Shown here: positions 49,101 through 61,100 of the stretch, piece by piece
Layout of the letters: the number at the start of each line of letters is the position of its first letter
How positions within the stretch are numbered: the first letter of the stretch is position 1
Assembly: GCA_002269645.1 (NCBI GenBank)
Contig: NIVC01001098.1
Span: 62,001-126,000, forward strand
DNA from: Macrostomum lignano
Taxonomy: Eukaryota
Length of the DNA: 64,000 nucleotides
Reading direction: 5' to 3'
Made by a program: the position numbers and the translations under genes
Notes under the pieces: generated by a model
Database searches by the model: none
The model's input: the letters and a program-made list of their open reading frames with translations, nothing else
What the model was told of the DNA's origin: nothing

Positions 49101-52100
49101 TAACGATACTTCAAATACGTACCCGACAGTAGTGTTCCTGCATGGCGGCAACTACACGAGTGGAGCTAACAGTCTGCCAGAGTATCGAGGTGAGCAGCTT
49201 CTCGAGAACGAGGACGTTATTCTCATCACGGTCAACTACCGACTGGGCGCGCTCGGCTTCCTGTTCCTGGACGATGAGAAGCTGCCCGGAAACTTCGGTC
49301 TGATGGACCAACGGCTCGCTCTCGACTTCATCCAAAGAGCGATCCCCTTTTTTGGAGGCAGCAGGACGCAGATCACTCTGATGGGTCACGGGACGGACGC
49401 CGCGTCGGCCGGCTTCCATGCTGTCACGGATTCGAAGGACTTCTTCGACCGGATGATCTTGATGGGCGGATCTCCGTCGATGCCGCTGGCTTGGTCGAGC
49501 TCGACTCAGAATGTTCTTGAAGATAGCGAGCATTTCGTCAATGTTCAACTCGAATGCGCAAGAGGCCCACTTGATTCGGTTTTGGAATGTCTGAGAAACC
49601 TTACATTGGATAAGATCATGACGGAACAGCTGAACATGCAGCACTCGAGAGATCACTTGGTATTCCTGCCCGTGTTCAACCAGTCGTTTTTTAACTACAC
49701 GCACCCGTACGACGCTTGGTCCAAGGGTGAGATGGACAAGCCATACATGACAGGCGTGGGCTCAGACTCTGGTCGCTACTACATCGAGCAGTCGCTGGCT
49801 CGACGGAACATCTCCTGGGAGTCGCTGAACCGAACTATTTTCGAAAGGGTAAGAAAAACTAACTGTTTTGAGCTATTTAAAATAACGGAAAACATAATAA
49901 CTCATTGAGAATATGATTGAAATGCAAATGGCAAACGTTCCAGATCGTGGAGCTGCAGTTTAACTACTTCCCCCGCTTCCCGGAGAGGAACACGGCTACC
50001 GGAATTCAATTCCTCAAGCTGGCCCTCACTGAGTGGAACTACTACGACTACAACAAGCGGATCAAGGCTATCTGGTCCAGGGCGATGGGTGACTTTAACT
50101 TCCTGTGCCCCATCTGGGAGGCCACGAGCGACCTACTGAGGGCCAAGCAGCACGACATTCACATGTACTACATAGATGTGGAGGACCCGTTGCGGGTACA
50201 GGAGGATCTGATCGGCGCTGACCACTGGGGCGACATCCGCTACCTGTTTGGCGAGCCGCTCAGGAAGGATTTGTACCCGGAGGTTCACAAGAACCTTTCC
50301 CGACTGATGATGCACGACTTTGTCCAGTACATTGGGGGATCAGGTGAGAGCCAAAAAACGTTAGGGAAGCGTAGTACGATTTTATTTTCAATTATTTCCT
50401 ATTTTTTCCTATTTCAAAGAAAGACTTTCGTCAGCAGAATTTCTGCATAAGAAGAAAAACAGAAGATAGGAGTAAAGAAAACCTGGACCACTGACTTTTA
50501 AACCGAAATGCATATTTTGTCCATCTTAAATGATTGGTTGGCCATAAATTCAATTTAAGCATCGTACTCGTAGCGTAGTTTTAAACAGTGTTTTAATCAA
50601 AGTTTGAAAAAATCTTTTTGTACGAGCTAGCTATTGACTACCAATATGCAAGAAAAGTTAAAAAAATCAGACATATCGATCATGCTGTTCTGTAGAGTTT
50701 GTTTAAATGACCACTTGATAGTGCTCATATTAAGTGCTGTTTTCATGTACAGAGCAAGCTGTCTTCCCAATTTGCAGCACCATCTCACTGGAATGCAACA
50801 AGCCAGGAGACGTCAGACTTTCTACTGTACGACATCCTGCAAACGGACTCCGGCGGTCCGGGAAACCTGGTCTCTGTCATGGTGCCGGACGGTTTCGGCC
50901 TGAACACTGGCCGGTGCCCGCTCTGGAAAAACGAGCTGCCCTACGTCAAATCGTTTGTCAGCGCCCCCTTCCAGGAAGAAGAGACTTCGAAAATAATCGC
51001 CAGTGCAAGCAGAAAGCGACCAGCAATCGGAAAGACCAGCAGCGTAAAAGACGAATCGGAGTTTAATCTCTACGAAGTCGTGTCGAACTATACTGTGGAC
51101 GTTCCCGGCTTCGGCAAGGTGACGGGGCAGACCATCATGACTCTGTCGAACAATATCACCATGTCCCAGTTTCTCGGAGTTCGGTATGCGCAGCCGCCTG
51201 TCGGAAATCGTCGATTGGCAAAGCCAGTGAAGCCACATACAACATCAGGTGCACATTTTCATTAATTTTGAGCCAAATTTATAATAGTTACTCCATATAA
51301 AACAATGCATTTAACCTAAACATTTTTATATCTCAATTCCAGACTCAAAGCATTTGGCACTGACAATGCCGCCAATGTGCATCCAGAGAGAGCATCACAA
51401 CCGGAACATGTCTGAGGATTGTCTCTACCTCAATATTTGGACTCCAAGACGCGCTGGCAGGAACGTGAATGACATCCCCGTGCTTGTTTTTATTCATGGA
51501 GGCTTTTTTGAAGTCGGAGGTATTAGCGAGGATCGCTGGCAGGGAAGCATGATCTTGGATCACTACGATGCAGTCGTGGTTACCATGAACTACCGACTTG
51601 GAGCTTTCGGCTTCCTGTCACTCGACAACAAGGAAGTGATCGGAAACTACGGTCTGTGGGATCAGGAGATGGCTTTGCAGTGGGTGGCCGATAACATTGA
51701 GAGCTTCGGCGGCAACAAGAACCGCATCACCCTGATGGGCGTGGAGGCTGGCGCCGTGTCGATCGGTTACCACATGGCCAGGCCAAAGCAAAACCGGTTT
51801 CACCAGGTCGTCCTCATGACCGGCTCTCCGTACATGTCCTACCCGCTGTCGGATGACATTGAGGAAGTGCGTGACCTGCAATACAGCTTTTTGCGAAGAC
51901 TGCGATGCCCAGTCGACCCAGCTGAAGCTCTAGAGTGCATTCGTAGTCAACCGGCTGATTCAATTAATGAGCAGCAGGACGTGTTCCAGCAACTGTTCCA
52001 GCGGCTTGAATTCCCACCCATTATTGATGGCGACTTCATCAGGTTGGATCCTTGGACGATGGACCCGAGCACACTGATGCAGGTGCCCATGATATTCGGA

Positions 52101-55100
52101 GGAGTGGACCGACCTGGAAACACGTTTATCGAAAGACTGGTGGACACTGAGATCCTTGTGCCAGAGAACTTTAGTCATAACGCGTACTTAACGGTGAGTA
52201 ATTATCTTTAAAGTTTTATGCAATCTGAAAATTCAATTGTGTCAGGAATTTCACTCACGTATTTTTTACCTATAAAGACAACATTTATCAAAGTTTTCTT
52301 ACGTACGAGCTATCATTAAATAAAAAGTAATGGATGCCCTTAAATAGCTCGTACTCATAATGTTAATATTTTTTGCTCAGGACGTCTCAAAAACCGCACA
52401 CTTTAATTCAATCCAAAAGAACAAGTCGGTACTCTGAACTTTTAGATTCTGCAAAGCATGAACGAATTCTTCCCGAGATACCCCAAGAGCATGACTGTGT
52501 CCGGGCGGACGGGCCTGCGCAACCACTTCATGCAGTACAACGGACAGGGCAATTTTGAGCGGGATCTCAGAGACCTAGGACTAGCGCTCAGCGATCGCTA
52601 CTTCACCTGCGCGAATAACAAGTTCCTTGATGCGTACTCCAAAGCCTCGAGCAAGCCTGTTTACAATTATCTGTTCACTGAGGGCAAGGAATACAAGGGA
52701 GACACAGAGCTTCCCCTGCAGCATGCAAGTCTTTGTGAGTCGAAAGCTGCAGTATTGATTTTCGTTTTCTCTCACAGCATTTTAAAGTCAAACTGCTTAA
52801 GCTCGTAAACTTAAAAGCTTAAGAATCTGCAACACTTATTAATTTTTCCCTTTCAGTCGAGGACGCATTCTATGTGTTCGGCAATCCCTCCAGCCCCGGT
52901 CCAATTGTGCCAGACCAACAGCGGCGGCTGTCCGACGCCATCATGCACGCCATCGTTCAGTTTGCTCGAACCGGCCGTCCATCTGACCTTTTGAAATGGG
53001 ACCCGTACGACTCTGAGAAGAAGTCACATCTGCTGCTCGACGCCGACCATCTCCCTCCGACGATGTATCCTGATGGGTACAGGAGACAGGAGTGCGGCTT
53101 CTGGGACCACACTTTACCGTTCGTCGACAGCCTGAACGACACTGCGCCGCCGCCGACCAGACCTCCGATCGGTCCCGATGGCGGCATTATTGAGGAAATC
53201 ATCATTGAAATCGACCTCGGAAGAACGCAAAACAGGATCAGCATCGCCGGAGACTTGGTGCGACTGCCAAACGGAAAGATCATCAAGCGATTCCTGGGTC
53301 TGCCCTACGCGGAAATGCCACTCACTCGGTGGAGCCAGGCTTCATTACCAAAGGGTGGCAACTACACAGCAAAGACAATGCCACCGGCCTGTCCACAAAC
53401 CATCAATCCAGTTCCGGGAGGAAGCATGTCTGAGGATTGTCTGTACCTGAACATTTGGGCACCGCGCGACACGTCCAGAAGTTATCCAACAGCAGTGTTC
53501 CTGCATGGCGGCAACTACACGAGTGGAGCTAACAGTCTGCCAGAGTATCGAGGTGAGCAGCTTCTCGAGAACGAGGACGTTATTCTCATCACGGTCAACT
53601 ACCGACTGGGCGCGCTCGGCTTCCTGTTCCTGGACGACGAGAAGCTGCCCGGAAACTTCGGTCTGATGGACCAACGGCTCGCTCTCGACTTCATCCAAAG
53701 AGTGATTCCCTTTTTTGGAGGCAGCAGGACGCAGATCACTCTGATGGGTCACGGGACGGACGCCGCGTCGGCCGGCTTCCATGCTGTCACGGATTCGAAG
53801 GACTTCTTCGACCGGATGATCTTGATGGGCGGATCTCCGTCGATGCCGCTGGCTTGGTCGAGCTCGACCCAAGAGGTTCTCGAAGATAGCGAGCATTTTG
53901 TCAATGTTCAACTAGACTGTGCAAGAGGCCCACTTGATTCGGTTTTGGAATGTCTGAGAAACCTTACATTGGATAAGATCATGACGGAACAGCTGAACAT
54001 GCAGCACTCGAGAGATCACTTGGTATTCCTGCCCGTGTTCAACCAGTCGTTTTTTAACCACACCCATCCATATGATCGCTGGTGGAATGGCGAGATGAAC
54101 AAGCCGTACATGACAGGCGTGGGCTCAGACTCTGGTCGCTACTACATCGAGCAGTCGCTGGCTCGACGGAACATCTCCTGGGAGTCGCTGAACCGAACTA
54201 TTTTCGAAAGGGTAAGCAACTGACCATACTTCTGTTTCACTATAAAAAGTGAAACAGCTTGCACTATAAAATCCAAAAATCCTTTATTAAACGAAAGAAG
54301 CATCGATGCCATGCCTTTTCTTGAATACCTTTCAGATCGTGGAGCTGCAGTTTAACTACTTCCCCCGCTTCCCGGAGAGGAACACGGCTACCGGAATTCA
54401 ATTCCTCAAGCTGGCCCTCACTGAGTGGAACTACTACGACTACAACGAGCGTATCAAAGCCATCTGGTCCAGGGCGATGGGTGACTTTAACTTTCTGTGC
54501 CCCATCTGGGAGGCCACGAGCGACCTACTGAGGGCCAAGCAGCACGATATTCACATGTACTACATAGATGTGGAGGACCCGTTCAGGGCGCAAGAGGGTT
54601 TGATCGGCGCTGACCACTGGGGCGACATCCGCTACCTGTTTGGCGAGCCTATGAGGCGAGACGGATATCCGGAGGTTCATAAGGATCTGTCCCGACTGAT
54701 GATGGACGACTTTGTTCAGTATATTGGTGGATCAGGTGAGCTTTCCTAGGATCAATAAATGGTTTTTTTACTGTTTTTTGGTGCTTCATTTTTTTCTTGC
54801 TCTAAAACTCTGTTTTTTCTTTAGCTCCTGCCCGCTGGAACCGAACGAGCTTCCAAAACTCAGACTTCCTGCTGTACGACGTTGTTCTGCCAGACTCAGG
54901 CGGTGCTGGAAACGTGATCTCAGTCATGGTTGGCGACGGCTTCGGTCTAAACAGTGGCCGCTGCCCAGTCTGGAAGAATGAGCTGCCCTACGTGAACACG
55001 CTAGTCCCGACTACGACAGCAAGCGAGGAAGAAAACTTTGTCAAACTGCTCTCTAGCAGTGGCGAGCGGCCGGCCAGGACACCCAACTTGCAGCCTCAAC

Positions 55101-58100
55101 GCGCCACACCGTTCAATGTGCACGAAGTCATTGCGAATTACACTATTCAGGTTCCTGACTTCGGGCACGTTCGTGGACACACCATAAGAACAATCTCAAA
55201 TGTCACAATGTCTCACTTCCTTGGAATTCCGTTCGCACAGCCGCCCGTAGGAAATCTTCGGTTGGCTAAGCCGGATAAGCCCTCCACTACATCAGGTGGG
55301 ATTTCAAGCCTTTATTATGGTTTATAAATAATCAAGCGTGTAGGTTTACAGACTGTCTAATTCTAAAATTATTTTTCAGATACACAGCACATTGCACAAC
55401 AGATGCCGCCAGCTTGTATGCAGATGCAGAATTACAATTTCACAATGTCCGAAGACTGCCTCTATCTCAACGTCTGGACTCCAAAACGAGAGGGTAGAGA
55501 TGTCACCAATCTGCCTGTGCTAGTTTTCCTTCACGGAGGTTTCTTTGAAGTTGGAAGCGTTGGCGAAGATCGCTGGCAGGGAAGCATGATCTTGGATCAC
55601 CAGGACGCAGTCGTGGTTACCATCAACTATCGTTTAGGTGTGTTTGGCTTCCTGTCACTCGACAACAAGGAGGTGATCGGAAACTACGGTCTGTGGGATC
55701 AGGAGATGGCTTTGCAGTGGGTGGCCGATAACATTGAGAGCTTCGGCGGCAACAAGAACCGCATCACCCTGATGGGCGTGGAGGCTGGCGCCGTGTCGAT
55801 CGGTTACCACATGGCCAGGCCAGGGCAGAACCGGTTTCACCAGGTCGTCCTCATGACCGGCTCTCCGTACATGTCCTACCCGCTGACGAACGATACTGAG
55901 GAGGCGCGAGAGTTGCAAGTGACCTTTGTTCGAACCAGGCTCCGCTGCCAGGGGGCTGAGCTGCTGTCTTGCATTCGCGGCCTGTCCGCCAATGAGATTA
56001 ATGAGCAGCAGGGAGTGTTCCAACAGTTGTTCCAACGAATTGAGTTTCCACCAGTGGTCGATGGTGATTTCATTACAAGTGATCCTTGGACTGTAAACCC
56101 GAGCTCACTGATGCAGGTGCCCATGATCTTTGGTGGAGTAGACCGACCCGGAAATTTCCTTCTGGAGAGAGCCACTGACGGTCTTCTTTTGACACCGAGG
56201 AACTTCACTCATAATGTTTATCTCCAGGTTTGTACTTGACTTGAGCTTAACCATATTAATTATCATTATTTTGTGATCTGTAACTTTCGAATTTTCTTTC
56301 TGTTTTTCAGACTCTACAGCGCATGACCGAGTATTTTCCGCGGTTTCCGAAGTCAATGACGACTGCCGGCAGAAATGGCCTGCGCAACCACTTCAGGCAG
56401 TACAACGGACAGGACAATTTCGAGCGTGATATCAGAGACCTGGGCCTCGCCATCAGTGACCGCTACTATACATGCGCTAACAACAAGTTCCTTGACGCCT
56501 ACTCCAAGGCTTCCAGCCAGCCAGTCTACAACTATCTGTTCACAGAAGGGAAGGAATATGAGGAGTCAGAACTTCCACTGCTGCACGCTAGCCTTTGTGA
56601 GTTGAACCTTCGGATTATAAAGCGTATGAATGCATTTTAGATATTTACTATTGTGGTATCTTCAAGAGTGTTAATTTCCCAAAACCAAAATAAAAAATGT
56701 AATCGTACATTAGAAAAATCTACAAGAAAGTACTTTTATTATAGAATACTAAAAAATACATATAAACTCTGCTAATTTCAAATTTTCGATGTTTAATTAT
56801 TTCTATTAAAACTGATACCGGGTAAAGAAGTTTAAATTTTCGAGCTCAAATTCTCTTGCACGTCCATAAATTAATTTTAGTCGAGGACGCGTTCTACGTG
56901 TTTGGCAATCCGTCAAGCCCTGGCCCTGCACGACCTGATGAGCAGCGCGAGCTGTCTGACGAAATTATGCGGTCGATCGTCAATTTTGCTAGAAACGGCG
57001 AGCCTGGCGGCGGGATCCCTTGGGAACGGTACGACGCGTCCAACAAATCGCATCTGCTCCTGGATGCTGACAACCTACCACCAAGGATGTACAAGGACGG
57101 CTACAGGCGACAGCAGTGCGGATTCTGGGACGAGATACTGCCGTATGTGAACAGCTTGAATGACACGGGCACCACGCCGCCACCAACTGCACCACCAACG
57201 CGGCCTCCAATCGGACCAGACGGCACAGTTGTCGGAAATGCCACGGCTTCCATCACTCCTGACCTTTCCATCGTCGGACATCGCGTTCTCACACCAAACG
57301 GAATGAAGAACATCTCTCGATTTCTGGGCGTGCCGTATGCGGAACCTCCTGTCGGAGACCTCCGATTTGCTCCGCCGAGAGCTATTCCCAATAGTCCGGG
57401 CAAATTCATTGCGCAAACGCTGCCTCACGCCTGCCCACAAGACAATCGCACTCTTGGTGTAGCATACTCTGAAGACTGTCTGTACCTAAACATCTGGACG
57501 CCCGATGCAGTTCAAGGACGCAACTACCCAGTGATCGTTTACCTTCACGGCGGGAACTTTGAATCCGGCTCCATCAGTCAGCGCGAACTGTTCGGTGAGA
57601 ATCTTCTCTCGTACGAGGATGTTGTTCTAGTCACTGTGGCCTACCGGCTGGGCGCATTCGGCTTCCTATATCTTAGCGATAGCGAGCTTCCTGGAAACAT
57701 GGGTTTGTTGGATCAGCGTCTGGCGTTGAACGAGGTGAAGAGGTACATCAGCATGTTCGGTGGAGACCCCGAGAACATTGCACTAGCTGGCCACGGCATC
57801 GGAGCAGCAGCCGTTGGATTCCACAGCATCACCGCATCGAAGCAGAATTTCAAGCGAGCGATCATGATGGGTGGCTCGCCAACAATACCAATGGCCTGGT
57901 ACGACAGCAACGGAGGCAAGGAAAACACCCGAGAGCTGAACCTTGCATTCGTGTCCCTCGCGCTTGGCTGCCCAAGTACTACTATCTCCGAGGCCATCAC
58001 CTGCCTTAAAACCCTGGATACTAAAAATATTGTGGACGCGCAAACTCCATTCTTGCAGCTACTTCTCACTCTAGAGTTTAGACCTGTGCTGGATAGTGCC

Positions 58101-61100
58101 TTCTTCAACAACCGCGACCCACTTGAGGCTTGGAGGCACCAGGAGCAAGGCTCGTCAAACACTGAAATGCTAATGGGATTCACAACTGACACCGGTGGAA
58201 GCTATGTGGAACAAGCCCTGGTGAACCAGAATCTAACCCTCGCTGACATTGATACAGAAACCTACAAGGAGGTAGAGTAATTTTGACCAAATTTTTGTGC
58301 GTTTTCTACAAATACCAAACGTTTAAAATTAATGATTGGAATCGTACTTCATTTTCAGCTTCTCAACCGAACTTTCCCTTACCACCCGCGATTCCCTCGC
58401 AAACTGAGCGAAACTGGCACGGACTTTATCAATCTGTACTTCGACGACTACATCGGCAGTCCCGACAAGCAGACTCTGCTTAACACCTGGGGCCAGGCAG
58501 TCGGAGATCGCTATTTCCTTTGCCCTGTGTGGGAGACAATCGTGCAGAAGGGCCGGAACCAGACTAGCACTGAGACCTACCTGTACGTGTTTACTGCTCG
58601 AGACCCATGGGATACTGACCGAATGCAACTGGGCTCAGACCATCAGGCCGATCTGCGCTACTTCTTTGGCATTCCGGCGGGCACTGGCATCGCCTACCCA
58701 GAATCGCACAGAAACCTTTCCGTTCGCATGATGCGCGACATTGTCAAGTTCGTAAAGGACGGCAAGCCAAGTGAGTAAAAAGGACAAACTTTCTTAAAAA
58801 GTAATTTTCATGGATAGGTAAATAAGGCAAACTACGCACCAAACATTTTAGACCCATCCTGGCAGACAACAAAACTCGGAGTATGGGACTACGCCGACTA
58901 CAACAACCTCTATAGTGATCGCTACAATGCCACCGAAGGAGCCAGCACTATTCAACGCTGCGGAGTCTGGTACTATGATCTGCCGTATGTCGATGGCCTG
59001 GTGAAAAGTGCAAAGAAGTCGCCCGAACCACTGCGACGAAAGTCCGCGCTGTCTCTGCCTGACGTGACCACCAATGAGGCTCCCAAATCTGACAGCATCA
59101 TCCCGAGAAGAACGAGGACTGCAATTCGGAACTATAATGTCTCAGTAAGCGGCTATGGCACAGTTGTTGGAAGCACAGTGCTGACCACGGACAATAACAC
59201 AATATCGGAGTTTTTGGGTGTGCGATACGCCCAGCCACCGTTGGGAGATCTGCGTTTTAAGAAGCCCGAGCCGTTGAGGGACGCTGGTGATGGTAAGTCA
59301 GTTTTGCGTTACTACGAGCTAATGGAGTATTTGCTTAGACAATTAACTAATCAATCTTGTACTGATGCTTAGGTGTGACTCATCTGGCACTGGAAATGGG
59401 ACTTCCATGCTATCAAAGGAATTACTACAATTTCGCGAACATGAGCGAAGATTGCCTCACTCTAAATATCTGGACACCAAGAACCGAAAGCAACCCTAGC
59501 GGCACGTACCCGGTGATTGTGTTCATTCACGGTGGCTTCTTTGAAGTTGGATCCTCGGCGGAATCACGCTGGAACGGAGAGAATATCCTGGACCACGAGC
59601 AAGCTGTGATCGTTACAATCAACTATCGACTCGGCGCCTTTGGCTTCTTGGCTCTGAATAGCTCGATGGCCAGCGGCATTACCGGAAATATGGGCTTGTT
59701 CGACCAGGAGGCTGCCATCAGCTGGGTGGCGAAGAACATTGAAGCATTCGGTGGCGACAAGAATGCCATCACACTGGCGGGAGCTGAGGCCGGCTCCATC
59801 TCTGTTGGATACCACCTCCTCAGAGAACCGACTGCAAACAAGCCGTTCCACCGAGTCATCATGATGACTGGCAGCCCGATCCAAAGCTACCCGCTCAGCG
59901 ACAAGCCAGACTTTGTGAAGCAGTACCATGCCGAGTTCGTCAGGACTTTGAACTGCAGCTCTGATGTGGTCAACTGCCTGCAGTCTCTCTCAGCCGACGT
60001 TATTAACGAGAAGCAGGAAGATTTCAACCAGATTTTCACGGGCATTGAGTTCCAGCCCATCATTGACAATGACTTCTTTACCGCTGACCCATGGGTTCTC
60101 GTCCGGGATGGCAAATTTGCGAAGATGCCGATGATCATCGGCCAGACCAGCAGCCCAGGAAACTTCCTGCTGGAGCGCATTGTAGGCAACATTATTTTGA
60201 ACAAGGAGAACTTTACTCTGGAAACGTACCGACAGGTAACTGTCACTTTGATACTGACTACTTGGCTTCGAAAATTTGCTTTGTTGCTACCAAAATAATA
60301 AATAAAATATTCCCGATTTCCGCATAACCTCAGGCCCTGGTCGAGTCCAACACTTTCTTCCCAAGGTTCCCGACTCAAATGACAACCAGCGGACAGGAGG
60401 CTCTCAAACTATTCAAATCCCCATGGGCAAACCTGGAAAGCTTCGAGCTCAAGATTCGCGAGTGGGCGGAGGCGCTGAGCGACCGCTATTTCACTTGCGA
60501 CATCACCGAGTTTACCGAGAAGTTTGTCGAGAAAAACCCTACCAACTCCACTTATTACTATCTGTTTGACGAGAAGGCTCTGTTCCAAGGGGAAAGCCTG
60601 CCCCTGTTGGGCGCGACGCTGTGTAAGTTACAATGAGTTTTTTCCCATTGCGAATCGCCAGGTCTTTGCACTACTAGACCAAGCTAGCACAACCCGTCTG
60701 ATATTTCCAGTCGAAGACGCCTTCTTCTTCTTCGGAAATCCAACAAGCCCGGGCCCTGCCGAAACCGTTGAGAGAGCCAACCTCTCTGAATCCATCATGA
60801 GGCGCTTCGTCAAGTTTGCCAGGGACGGAAACCCGAATGCCAATCCCAGCTCCCCTACCTGGAGGCCATACGAGCTGGGCTTCAAGAAGACCAAGTACTT
60901 CCGGGCTCTCGGCATTGACAGGTTCCCAGAGCTGAACTTTGGCTTCCGCAGGCAGGACTGCGGCTGGTGGGAGAAAGTCCTGCCCTATGTTGACGATCTG
61001 GTCTACCCTGCGACTACAACTGCTACGAGTCCGACGGCCACACCGACGACGACCTCGACAACTGCACCGCCGACTACGACCATCTCAGCCACTAGTCCGA

